DNA from: Sulfurifustis sp. | GTDB lineage: Bacteria > Pseudomonadota > Gammaproteobacteria > Acidiferrobacterales > Sulfurifustaceae | Direction: 5' to 3' | Length of the DNA: 64,000 nt | NCBI GenBank assembly: GCA_045810625.1 | Contig: JBJMVQ010000040.1 | Location: 51,904 to 115,903, forward strand | Shown: positions 9,944 to 18,961 of the stretch, in pieces | How positions within the stretch are numbered: position 1 is the stretch's first letter | Layout: each line of letters begins with the position of its first letter | Notes under the pieces: model-generated | The model's input: the letters and a program-made list of their open reading frames with translations, nothing else | Databases searched by the model: none | Told to the model about the DNA's origin: nothing | Made by a program: the position numbers and the translations under genes

Positions 9944-11270
9944 CGCGCGCGGTGGCGGACTCGGTAATGCGCGCCGCGGCCGCGGGCGCGCCGAACCACC
10001 TTTTGATGCTGCCGCGGAAGTTCATCGCCCGGCGATAAAACGCGCCGCGCGCGGACGGCGGATACAGCTCGAAGCGCCGCAGCTCGCGGCTCTGCCGCGC
10101 CCAGAGAAATTTGTACTGCTCGTCACCGTGCAGGAAGTCATAAAGCGCCACCCCTTCCTCGATGGCGCTCTTGATGGCGAGCCCCATGATGACGAGCCCG
10201 ACGCTGTACTTGTTGAAATCGGGATCGAAGCCCGACTGATAAAAGTAAAAGACGCGGTTGTAGTTGAAGCCGTACAAAGCGGCCGCCGGTTGGCCGTCGA
10301 GCCGCAGCACGTACAGCCGCAGCCACCCGCGGCGCAGTGCCGCCGCGCTCAGCTCCTCATGAAACGCCAGCAGCCCGGGCTCGTGGAATGCATCGGCGTC
10401 GGCGCGCCCGCGCCAGCGCTTGCGGTGCAGCGCGATCAGCAGCCGCATCGCCTCGCGCCGCTCGGCTTCGGAATCCGCCCGCTCGAAGCGCACGTCGAAC
10501 TGCTTGCTCAAGTTCCGCAGCCTGCGCCGGAAATTGTAACGATGCGCCGCGCCGAGGCTGTCGAGATACGATTCCCACGATTGCCCGGTCAAGTCGATGT
10601 AGGGACAGAGATCCGTGGTCCGGCAGAACGAAGGCCAGCCGTGGCGCGCGAGCGCCGCGGCGAGATCGGCCACGCGCGCGTCGCGCCCGACCTGCGCCAA
10701 CTCCAGCATGCGCTTGTGCCCGGCGAGGCATTGCGCGAGCCGTGTCACCGCCGCGTGCTCGTCGTCCCGGTGAATCAGCACGTCCAAGTAATCCGAGCCG
10801 ACGCTGCCGGCGCCAAGAAATTCCAGGACCGGAAACGGCACGAGCCGCCGCATCCGGCTCGGCCGCAGCGCGAGCGGCGCGATCGCCACAAGCCGGGCGC
10901 CGCGGCGCACGGTGACGATTTCGAGCTGCCGATCCTCGCGCAGATGTTTCCACCAGGTGTACAACCACTCCCAAGTGAGGAACAGCCCGTCGGCGCGGCT
11001 CGCTTGGAGCAGCTCGTTCCATTCCGTTTGGAGCGCGGCAAAGCCGGCGGCGTTGTCGATTTTCTCCACCGCGAGCGCTGCGTCATCGGCCGCAACGCGC
11101 ATAGCGTCGGCGCCGGCCGATCGAGCGAGCGCGTTCGGCGTCGGCGTACCGTGTGCCGCGCTTTCCCGCCGGAGCGGCAGCGCCTTGTGCGAAACCGCGA
11201 CGGCAGTACGTGCACCACTCGCCGCATCGCCGGCGTGCAGCGGATCGCGTAGGGAATCGGATTCAGACAT
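9933..11270 (-). CDS. FemAB-like / BioF2-like GNAT acyltransferase (the kind found in PEP-CTERM/EPS loci)
   Basis: 445 aa. FemAB-family-like architecture (LFLTWEWLYTWWKHL..., RLYVLRLDGQPAAALYGFNY). Confidence 0.7.
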   Translation of the reverse strand: MSESDSLRDPLHAGDAASGARTAVAVSHKALPLRRESAAHGTPTPNALARSAGADAMRVAADDAALAVEKIDNAAGFAALQTEWNELLQASRADGLFLTWEWLYTWWKHLREDRQLEIVTVRRGARLVAIAPLALRPSRMRRLVPFPVLEFLGAGSVGSDYLDVLIHRDDEHAAVTRLAQCLAGHKRMLELAQVGRDARVADLAAALARHGWPSFCRTTDLCPYIDLTGQSWESYLDSLGAAHRYNFRRRLRNLSKQFDVRFERADSEAERREAMRLLIALHRKRWRGRADADAFHEPGLLAFHEELSAAALRRGWLRLYVLRLDGQPAAALYGFNYNRVFYFYQSGFDPDFNKYSVGLVIMGLAIKSAIEEGVALYDFLHGDEQYKFLWARQSRELRRFELYPPSARGAFYRRAMNFRGSIKRWFGAPAAAARITESATARDVA

Positions 11271-11302
11271 CGATCAGCGCAACGTTTGCGGATGACGGCG
11301 TG

Positions 11303-12571
11303 TCAGTAGCCCAAAAGGAAACTGATCCACCACTCGCCTTCCAGGCGCGTCAGGAACGCATCGCCGCGGTGGATGGCGTGGAGCAACTCGGCATGCGGCG
11401 AATGAACCAAAATCCAGGAACCGCCGTCGTGATGGAACAGGCAGTCTTTGCGTGCATAGGCGTGAAACAACGCCGGATCCACTTGGCCCGACAGCGCGAC
11501 GACGCCGCGGCGGGCGGCATCGTCGAAAAGATGATCGAGCACTTCCTCGGCGCAACCGTCTTTCGCGCCCAGCTGTACGACGGCGCCGATACCGCGGCTA
11601 TCGCCGTGGTACAGGTACCAGCCGATCGTCTCCCGGCGGGTGTTGCGCACGAGCGCTTTGTGCAACGCGCCGGGTCCGCATTTTTGCGCGAGCGCCTGCA
11701 ACAGCCAGTCGAGCGAACGCTCGTCGTATACCGGCTGCAACGCACGCTTGCCCGCGATGGCGCCGATGGCGTCGCGCAGCGACGCCGCGTCGAGCTCGGC
11801 GCGCGCGCCGCCCGGCGCGGCCAGGCGGAACAATCGCGGCGCCACCCGCGCCGCCGCCGCATCGGTCAGCCGGCACAGCGGCCGCAACGCTGCCGCCGCG
11901 GCCGCCGGCAGGCCGCGTTTGCGCAGGAACGACAGCGCATAGCGGGCCGGCCGCAACGGGCGCGTCCAGCAGAGGCTGTAAAGGAGGGACACGCTGCCGC
12001 CGGCCGCTTCCAATATTTTCCGCGACGCATTGCTGCCCTCGGCGATTGAAAGCTGTTGCGGCCCGGCGAGGAATTGTTTCGCGAGCGCGAGCGCCGCCAA
12101 CGTCGAGCGGCCGCCCGGTGCCACCACGAAGCTGTGGCTCACTGCGGCGGTAAGCGGCCGGCCGTCGAATGACATCGGCCGCGGCAGCACGCCGAGATGG
12201 CCGAGGAGTTCGCCGCGGCTGTCTTCATACACCAGCGACGGCAGGGAATCGTCGCGCCAGGGATGTTGCAACAGAATGCGCGGCAGATGCACGGCCGGCG
12301 GCGCCCGGTCGGCTTTGGCGAATGCGCGGGCGTGCAAGTCGGCGACGCGCGCGATGTCGCCTGCTTCGAGCGGGCGCACTCTTCCCGCCGGTTGGTCCGC
12401 CGTCACGACGGTGCGGCTCGCGCCCGCGCGCACGGGATTCGCCGTCGGCGACGCGCCGCCCGCGCGGGACGAACGCGTCTTGCTCAGCCAGCGTATTTCC
12501 ACGGCAGCTCCGCCACGGTCAGCGGCGGCTGGAAGCACGCCTGGGAAATCCAGGTCACGGTCGCGGCGCAC
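11303..12571 (-). CDS. GNAT-fold acyltransferase-like protein of unknown specificity
   Basis: 422 aa ORF with weak GNAT-like N-terminal region. The start is uncertain and may be internal. Lies between the FemAB-like gene and the repeat-containing gap. Confidence 0.45.
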   Translation of the reverse strand: MRRDRDLDFPGVLPAAADRGGAAVEIRWLSKTRSSRAGGASPTANPVRAGASRTVVTADQPAGRVRPLEAGDIARVADLHARAFAKADRAPPAVHLPRILLQHPWRDDSLPSLVYEDSRGELLGHLGVLPRPMSFDGRPLTAAVSHSFVVAPGGRSTLAALALAKQFLAGPQQLSIAEGSNASRKILEAAGGSVSLLYSLCWTRPLRPARYALSFLRKRGLPAAAAAALRPLCRLTDAAAARVAPRLFRLAAPGGARAELDAASLRDAIGAIAGKRALQPVYDERSLDWLLQALAQKCGPGALHKALVRNTRRETIGWYLYHGDSRGIGAVVQLGAKDGCAEEVLDHLFDDAARRGVVALSGQVDPALFHAYARKDCLFHHDGGSWILVHSPHAELLHAIHRGDAFLTRLEGEWWISFLLGY

Positions 12572-12696
12572 TGCCGCTCCTCGCTGCCGGAGGTCATGAC
12601 GTACATGCCGTTGTGCAGCATTCGCAGCACCTGCTTTTTTGCGTTGCTGTACACGATGCGTCGCTTAGGGAAGGTCTGAATAATTCCGTTCGTCCT

Positions 12697-12766
12697 GAGC
12701 CTGTCGAAGGGAGCCTGTCGAAGGGAGCCTGTCGAAGGGAGCCTGTCGAAGGGAGCCTGTCGAAGG
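12697..12766. repeat. Perfect tandem repeat, 5 copies of the 14-bp unit gagcctgtcgaagg
   Basis: Read directly from the sequence: (gagcctgtcgaagg)x5 at 12697-12766. It is flanked by ttcgtcc/ggacgaa inverted repeats. A 9-bp-stem hairpin (ccgttcgtg...cacgaacgg) follows at 12798-12830. The shadow ORFs 12484..12843 and 12594..12824 span it and are not believed. Confidence 0.9.
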
Positions 12767-12854
12767 ACGAATAGTACGAGGCGTTGATGACAGTGGCCCG
12801 TTCGTGGTTCGACAAGCTCATCACGAACGGTGGAACGAATCATTCAGACCTTCC

Positions 12855-13169
12855 TTAGCCGTGCCGCGCCGAGCGGCCGTGATCCGGGCGCTCGGGCGGT
12901 TCCTGTGTGCCGGCGCCCGCGCGCGCCGCGGTGGCCGCGGCGATGAACACCGCGATGCGCGCGATCGAGCGGAAATTGTCGAGCTCGAGATCCGCGAGCG
13001 ATACCTTCACGCCGAATTCGTTCTCGAGCTGGACCAGCAGCTCGACGAACGACAGCGAATCGAGCGCCGCGCTGTCGAACAGGTCGGTGTCGCGCGTCGG
13101 CACCGCGACATGGAGGTGGTCGCGAAATATTTCGCTTAGCCGCTGTTCGAATCGGGCTGCATCACCCAT
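12855..13169 (-). CDS. Acyl carrier protein (phosphopantetheine attachment site DSL)
   Basis: 104 aa. ...LFDSAALDSLSFVELLVQLENEFGV... is the canonical ACP Ser motif. Confidence 0.75.
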   Translation of the reverse strand: MGDAARFEQRLSEIFRDHLHVAVPTRDTDLFDSAALDSLSFVELLVQLENEFGVKVSLADLELDNFRSIARIAVFIAAATAARAGAGTQEPPERPDHGRSARHG

Positions 13170-13713
13170 GGCCGATCTCCCGGTGCTCCGCTGTGTGTTC
13201 GCCGACGTCCGCGAGCTCGTCGGGCAACATATCGAACAGCAGCCGGTCGTAAACGCGCCCGTCGATCACGTGGCAGCGGCGCAGTCTGCCGACCGGCCGG
13301 AATCCCAGGCGGTGGATGATGCGCTGCGACGCTTCGTTGCACTCGACCGCCCAGGCGCTGATCATCTGCAGGCCCAGCTCGTGGAAGCCGTATGCGAGAA
13401 TTTGCCAGGCGGCGCGCAGCGCGTAGCCTTTCAGGTTGTAGCGCTTGTCGCCGAGCGCGATCCAGATGGTCGCGGTCTTGAAGTTGCGATCGATATTACT
13501 CAGGCCGACCACGCCGATCGGCGTGCCGTCTTCCGCGGTGAACGCACGCAGCGCGTGCAGGTCCTTCTGCGCCATGATCTTCACCGCCACCGCGCTCAAT
13601 TGCTGCACGCCGTTGCCGAAGTCGAGCCACTGGTAATTGCGCTTGTCCGCGAGCCAACCGGCGACGGTGTCGATCAGCTCAGGCGTGTTGAGGAGCTTTA
13701 GCTGTGTGTTCAC
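13162..13713 (-). CDS. GNAT-family N-acetyltransferase (RimJ/RimL-like)
   Basis: 183 aa. Typical GNAT core (VGLSNIDRNFKTATIWIALGDKRYNLKGYALRAAWQILAYGFHELGLQMISAWAVECNEASQRIIHRLGF). Confidence 0.8.
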   Translation of the reverse strand: MNTQLKLLNTPELIDTVAGWLADKRNYQWLDFGNGVQQLSAVAVKIMAQKDLHALRAFTAEDGTPIGVVGLSNIDRNFKTATIWIALGDKRYNLKGYALRAAWQILAYGFHELGLQMISAWAVECNEASQRIIHRLGFRPVGRLRRCHVIDGRVYDRLLFDMLPDELADVGEHTAEHREIGHG

Positions 13714-15298
13714 GAAAGGTCTCCGCCAGGAGGCGCCGGTCGATCTTGCCGTTGGCGTTCTTCGGCAGCGCCGCGAACGCCAGCCAGTGGACCGGCATCA
13801 TGTAACCGGGCAGGAGCTTTGCCAGCTCCGCCCGCAGGGTCGCGGGCGCGACCGCCTGCCCGGTGCGCGGCACGTACGCGCAGCAGATCGTCGCACCCTC
13901 GAAGCCCTCGCTCGTCACCGCCACCACCGCGCACTCTTGCAGGCAGTCGAGCGTCGCCGCCGCGGCCTCGATTTCGCCGAGCTCGATCCGATAGCCGCGG
14001 CTCTTGATCTGTGAATCGGACCGGCCGAGAAAGTACACCAAGCCGTCGGCGCCGCGGCGCGCGAGGTCGCCGGTCTTGTAGATGCGGTCGGCGGGATCGG
14101 CGGCGTGCGGATTGCGCAGGAACACCTGCTCGGTCTTGCGCGCGTCGCGCCAGTAGCCCGGGCTGAGCCCGACGCCGCGGATATAGAGATCGCCGATCTC
14201 GCCCGCGGGCAGCGGCTGCAGCGCCTCGTCCAGCACCAGCAGCTCCTCGCCGGCGCACGCCGTGCCGATCGGAATCGCGGCGCGCGCCTCCGGCGGCTCC
14301 GACGGCATCGTGTAGTAGCTGCTCGCGATGGTGGTCTCCGTCGGCCCGTACAGATTCGTGAACCGGACGTGCGGCAGCCGCTTCATGAAGTAGCCAAGCG
14401 CCGGCACCGGGAACACGTCGCCGCACCAGAGCAACCGCTTCAACCTGGGAAAATCGTTGAATTGCACCACGTCGAACGCGGCAAGGTAATTGAGCGCCGA
14501 CGGCACGGAAAACCATTGGGTCAACCGGGACGCGCGGATCCAGTCGGCCAATTTGTTCGGCAGCACGTTCACCTCGGGCGGCACCAGGTGCAGCTCGGCG
14601 CCGGCGGCGAAGGCGCCGAAGATGTCGAACACGGACAGATCGAAGTGCAGCGGCGGATGCCCGGAGAGCCGATCGGCGGGGTCGAGCGCGAAATAGTCGT
14701 GCGCCCATTCGACGAAGTGAATGACGTTGGCGTGCGTGATGACGACGCCTTTGGGAACGCCGGTGGAGCCGGAAGTGAAGAGGATATGCGCCGGGTCCGC
14801 GCGGCGGTTCTGCGCCGGCAGCGGCGCGCTCGGACAATTCGATACATCGTGCAGCGAGAACGCCGGCGTGAAAACACCGTCCGCCGCCGGCGGCGCCGCG
14901 TCGAGCCAGCCGATCGCCAGCGACGCGCGCAACGGCTCTTGCGCGAGCAGCCCGGCGAGCACCGACGTAACATTGCCCCCGGCCAGCATCCAGCGCGTAT
15001 CGCACGAGTCGACGATCTTGGCGAGCCGCGCCGGCGGGCTCGCCGGATCGAGCGGAACGTAGATACAGTCGGCCTTGTAGATGCCGAGGATCGCGGCGAT
15101 CGCGAGCGGCGACTTCGGCATGAGCAGGCACACGCGGTCGCCGCGGCGGCAGCCGGCCGCGCGCAACGCCCGCGCCAGGCGGTTGGAAAGCGTCTCCAAT
15201 TCGCCGTAGCGCAGACGCTCGGCGCGCAGCACCACGGCCGTCGCCTGCGGGCGCCGCTCCGCCTGCGCGGTCACCCAGTCTTGGAGTAACTCGGGCAT
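13679..15298 (-). CDS. Free-standing adenylation-domain protein / AMP-dependent synthetase-ligase (ANL superfamily)
   Basis: 539 aa. A3 motif ILFTSGSTGVPKGV, A5 NLYGPTE, A7 YKTGDLAR, A8 GRSDSQIKSRGYRIELGEIE, A10 KNANGKIDR. Confidence 0.9.
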   Translation of the reverse strand: MPELLQDWVTAQAERRPQATAVVLRAERLRYGELETLSNRLARALRAAGCRRGDRVCLLMPKSPLAIAAILGIYKADCIYVPLDPASPPARLAKIVDSCDTRWMLAGGNVTSVLAGLLAQEPLRASLAIGWLDAAPPAADGVFTPAFSLHDVSNCPSAPLPAQNRRADPAHILFTSGSTGVPKGVVITHANVIHFVEWAHDYFALDPADRLSGHPPLHFDLSVFDIFGAFAAGAELHLVPPEVNVLPNKLADWIRASRLTQWFSVPSALNYLAAFDVVQFNDFPRLKRLLWCGDVFPVPALGYFMKRLPHVRFTNLYGPTETTIASSYYTMPSEPPEARAAIPIGTACAGEELLVLDEALQPLPAGEIGDLYIRGVGLSPGYWRDARKTEQVFLRNPHAADPADRIYKTGDLARRGADGLVYFLGRSDSQIKSRGYRIELGEIEAAAATLDCLQECAVVAVTSEGFEGATICCAYVPRTGQAVAPATLRAELAKLLPGYMMPVHWLAFAALPKNANGKIDRRLLAETFREHTAKAPQHA

Positions 15299-16302
15299 TC
15301 AGCGACCTCGCGCGCGCGTGCGAACGCCATGCGGATATGCATCAGCTCCTCCGCGCTCGGCGGTACATCGATGATGAACGTGCGATAGCCGAGCGCGATG
15401 TACCCGGCCAATTCCTGTCCGACGCGGTCGTAACTGCCGACCAGATACGGACACATGGTCTTGTAGTTCTCGAACGGCACGGTCCAATACGGGCTCGGTT
15501 CGGTGCGCTCGCCCAGTTCCGCCAATTGCTTGTGCCACACCGAGTCGGAAACCTTGTTCGCGAGCTGACGCGTCAGCTGGCCTTTGCGGTCCTCGGGAAA
15601 ACGCGCGCGCGCCACCTGCCACGCCTCGTCTTCGTGCTCGCGGCTGACGATGCCGACGCGCACGCCGGCTTCGACGCCGTCCGCCGGACTCTCGTTGCGA
15701 CTGTCGGCCAGCGGTTTGGGGTATTTGATCGCGGTCGCCTTCATCGTGCGCGCCGCCGCGAGCCCCGCGTCCGACGAACCGGAAACGAAGATCCCCGGAA
15801 ACAACTCCGCCGGCAACGGCGGCGCCAGCTTCAATTTGTCGACTTTGTAAAACTTACCTTCGTAGCTCACCGGCCCGCCCGCAGCCAACTGCTGGATGAT
15901 CGCGGTGTACTCCGCCAGGCGCTCGTAGCGGCTGTCGTGCGGCGTCGTGTCGTTCAGCGCGATCAAATCGTTCTTGAATCCGCCGGCGACCATGTTGAGG
16001 TAAAGGCGGCGCCCGTACAGGTAAGCGATCGACGTCAGATTTTTCGCCACCGTGTAGGGGTGCATGTAGATCGGCTGCACCGCGACCAACGGGCAAAGCG
16101 CGCGCGTCTCCTGGACGATGAGGTGCGCCAGCAGCCACGGATCGAGCAGCGAATTATCGGCATAGACGAGAATTCCGGTGCATCCCGCCTCCTCGCTCCA
16201 GCGCGCGACGTCGGCGACTTGCCGGCGGTAGGCGTGCTGGTCGGTGCCGCTCGACGGCGGACAAGTGGAGAACAGCTCGATATCTTTGTCGGTTGGTTTC
16301 AT
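15271..16302 (-). CDS. LLM-class (luciferase-like) flavin-dependent oxidoreductase
   Basis: ORF 15271..16482 trimmed to ATG 16302 (MKPTDKDIELFSTCPP...). TIM-barrel LLM family features. Confidence 0.75.
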   Translation of the reverse strand: MKPTDKDIELFSTCPPSSGTDQHAYRRQVADVARWSEEAGCTGILVYADNSLLDPWLLAHLIVQETRALCPLVAVQPIYMHPYTVAKNLTSIAYLYGRRLYLNMVAGGFKNDLIALNDTTPHDSRYERLAEYTAIIQQLAAGGPVSYEGKFYKVDKLKLAPPLPAELFPGIFVSGSSDAGLAAARTMKATAIKYPKPLADSRNESPADGVEAGVRVGIVSREHEDEAWQVARARFPEDRKGQLTRQLANKVSDSVWHKQLAELGERTEPSPYWTVPFENYKTMCPYLVGSYDRVGQELAGYIALGYRTFIIDVPPSAEELMHIRMAFARAREVAECPSYSKTG

Positions 16303-16313
16303 TGCCGTACCCC

Positions 16314-17588
16314 TCAGTGTGGTGGGATTGGCGACGACCGCGGCCGTCGGCGCGCCGTCTTCTCGCGAAGCAATGTCGCATACAGCTCCTCGGTTTCGCG
16401 CACCATGCGCTCGAGCGAGAAGCATTCGGTGACGCGCCGCTTTGCTTCCCGTCCAAGCGTGCGCGCGCGCTCCGGCTCGCACAAAATCGCGCTGATCGCC
16501 TGCGCCAGCGCGCGAGGATCGCGCGGCGGGACGAGCAGCCCGTCGATGCCGTCGCGGATCAGCTCGGGATTGCCGCCGACGCGCGTCGCCACGACCGGCA
16601 CACCGGCCGCCATCGATTCGAGCACGGTGTTGGACAGACCTTCGCTGAGCGACGGCAGCACGGAGACGGCGGATTCGGAAAGCAGCGCCGGCACGTCCGG
16701 CCGAAAGCCGGTGAACACGACGTGATCGCCGATACCCAGGCGCGCGGCCTGGCGCGCCAACGCATCGCGGTAGGTGGCGTCGCGCTCGATGGCGCCGTCG
16801 CGCCGCACGAACGTTTCACCGACAATGAGGAAGCGCGCCTGCGGACAGTCGCGGACGACGGCCGCCGCCGCGTCGAGGAAGTCCTCGAACCCCTTGAGCG
16901 GGCTCAGCCGCGCGAGCATGACGACGAGACGCGCGTCCGCCGGCAGTCCGAGCTCCCGGCGCAGTCCCGGGGCGCTCGGTGCCGACGGGAATCTTTTCAG
17001 ATCGATGCCGTTGCGGATGACCGCTATGCGCTCCGGTGGGTAATGCTCCTCGATGAGCCATTGGCGGATCGATTCGGCGTTCACCAGCACGCAGTCGGCG
17101 AAGCGGCAGGCGAGCCGCTGCACCCGCTTTTTCGCGGGCGTGAGGTAGACCCCGGCATCGCGGATCGACGCGATGACGACGGGCACGCCGGCCAACCGCG
17201 CGGCGGGAACGGCGAAGACGTTCGCATAAAAATTGTAGCTGTGGACGATCTCGATCCGCTCCCGGCGCATGTCGCGGGCGAGGCGCCATTGCTGGCGCAA
17301 CGTGCGCGGCTTGTAGAGGCTGTCGATGCGGTACTCGGAAACGGGTATCCCTTGCTGTTCCAACTCGTCGAGAAAATGTCCCCAACGCTTCAAGCACGCA
17401 AAACGCGGCTCGAAGCGCACCCGATCGAGTCCGTGCGTGAGGTTCATCACCTGTCGCTCGGTGCCGCCGAAACCGAAGACCACGACGAACTTCAGCAGCT
17501 TGATGCGTGCCGCCCGCGCGACCGCGTCGGTGGCGGTAAGCGCCGCTTCGACCGGCGGGACAACCGGGCGGGTTTCGACAATGCTCAT
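16314..17588 (-). CDS. GT4-family glycosyltransferase
   Basis: ORF trimmed to ATG 17588 (MSIVETRPV...). ATGA start/stop overlap with the upstream gene. GT4 motifs (ESMAAGVPVVATRVGGNPELI). Confidence 0.85.
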   Translation of the reverse strand: MSIVETRPVVPPVEAALTATDAVARAARIKLLKFVVVFGFGGTERQVMNLTHGLDRVRFEPRFACLKRWGHFLDELEQQGIPVSEYRIDSLYKPRTLRQQWRLARDMRRERIEIVHSYNFYANVFAVPAARLAGVPVVIASIRDAGVYLTPAKKRVQRLACRFADCVLVNAESIRQWLIEEHYPPERIAVIRNGIDLKRFPSAPSAPGLRRELGLPADARLVVMLARLSPLKGFEDFLDAAAAVVRDCPQARFLIVGETFVRRDGAIERDATYRDALARQAARLGIGDHVVFTGFRPDVPALLSESAVSVLPSLSEGLSNTVLESMAAGVPVVATRVGGNPELIRDGIDGLLVPPRDPRALAQAISAILCEPERARTLGREAKRRVTECFSLERMVRETEELYATLLREKTARRRPRSSPIPPH

Positions 17589-18961
17589 GCAGCCCTCCAT
17601 GACCGCACCGCTGTTGCCGGCGTCGGCGTCGCGTCCGCGCGCTCGCGCGCGCCGCGATCGGCAATCGCGCCTGCGGCGACCGCCAGGCCGGCGATGTAGT
17701 AGAAGTAGAAGTGGTAGCCCGCCGGGTGAAACGGCGCGGCAACGGCGAACGCGATGAGGCTCACGCGGATACCGCCGGCGAGCCAGTACAGATCTGCCGC
17801 CGCGGATGCCTGCGCCATTCGTTGCACCCGCCCGACGCTCTTCAAGCACGCGCGCAGCAGCAGGAGAAATAGAATCAGTCCCGGAATCCCGAGATCGACG
17901 GCGTACTGCAAATAGGCGTTGTGGACTTCGGTCCAGCGCGCGCCGCGCACTTCGTTCAGCGCCAGCACGTCCATTCCGACGCCGGCGCCGATGAGCGGAT
18001 GCTGCGCGACGTATCCCGCCGCCGCCACGGTGTCGCTCCAGCGCGCCTGCGACGAGCCGGTGGGATCGGAATCGACGTCGGTGATGGTGCTCAGCCGGTC
18101 GAGGTAGCTCGACGGCAGGAACGGCGCGGCCGCGAGCGCGAGCACGATCACCAGGTATCCCCAGCGGCGCTCCGGGCGCTTGCGCAACACCCACAGGTAA
18201 GTGGCGAAGGTCACCGCCAGCGTCACGAAGCCGGCGCGGGAAAACGTGATGACGATGCCGATCACGTCGAGACCGATGATGCCGAGCGCCGCGGCGCGCA
18301 CGAGCGGGTTGCGGTTCGCCAGCAGCAGCGCGATGGTCAACGGCAGGATCAGATTGAGCATCAGCGCCAGGTCATTCGGATTTGCCGTCAGCGCCGCCTG
18401 GTAGCCGACGATGCGCGCCTGATCGGGCGGCAGCCCTTCGTGCAAAAAGTTTCCCGAGAGAAAATTCTCCACGCCGCCGAGCGCGAGCGGAACCGCCATC
18501 AGGCTCAACGCCCAGGCGATCGTGCGCAGCCGCGCTACGGTGGTGACGACGTGCCCGAGCAGCCAAAACACGATCAGCGTCTTCAGATAGACGTCGGCGA
18601 GAAACGAAACGCTGCCGCCGACCCAATAGGAAAACGGCAGCGTCACGACGGCCCAACCGAGGAGGCAGGCGGCGATGCGCATTTCCGGCGTGAAGCGCAC
18701 CAGCGGCCGGCGCCGGATGAAGCAATCGACGACATACGTCGCCACGCCAAGCACGGCGGCGATGAGCGCGATGCGCAGCGGCGCGAGCGCCGGGAAGATC
18801 GACTGCGGCGCGATCAACAAAATGAACGTAAACACGAGCAGCGCGCGAAACGGCATTGCGCTCGGCGGCGGCGCGGTGGCGAGCGGCGGTTGCGCCCAGC
18901 CGCCGGCGCCGTCGCTCGCTACCGCCGGTCGCCACCAGGGCGCGCGCGATTGCGGATTCAC
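17585..18961 (-). CDS. O-antigen ligase / Wzy-like polysaccharide polymerase family membrane protein
   Basis: 458 aa, multi-TM. O-antigen-ligase-family loop region (TFSRAGFVTLAV...). Confidence 0.75.
   Translation of the reverse strand: MNPQSRAPWWRPAVASDGAGGWAQPPLATAPPPSAMPFRALLVFTFILLIAPQSIFPALAPLRIALIAAVLGVATYVVDCFIRRRPLVRFTPEMRIAACLLGWAVVTLPFSYWVGGSVSFLADVYLKTLIVFWLLGHVVTTVARLRTIAWALSLMAVPLALGGVENFLSGNFLHEGLPPDQARIVGYQAALTANPNDLALMLNLILPLTIALLLANRNPLVRAAALGIIGLDVIGIVITFSRAGFVTLAVTFATYLWVLRKRPERRWGYLVIVLALAAAPFLPSSYLDRLSTITDVDSDPTGSSQARWSDTVAAAGYVAQHPLIGAGVGMDVLALNEVRGARWTEVHNAYLQYAVDLGIPGLILFLLLLRACLKSVGRVQRMAQASAAADLYWLAGGIRVSLIAFAVAAPFHPAGYHFYFYYIAGLAVAAGAIADRGARERADATPTPATAVRSWRAA

Noticed and set aside
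12484-12843. 119-aa minus-strand ORF (and 12594..12824) with repeated PFDRLPSTGSLRQA peptide
   Set aside because: The repeated peptide is an artefact of translating the 14-bp x5 tandem DNA repeat. There is no start context, and it sits in an intergenic gap.
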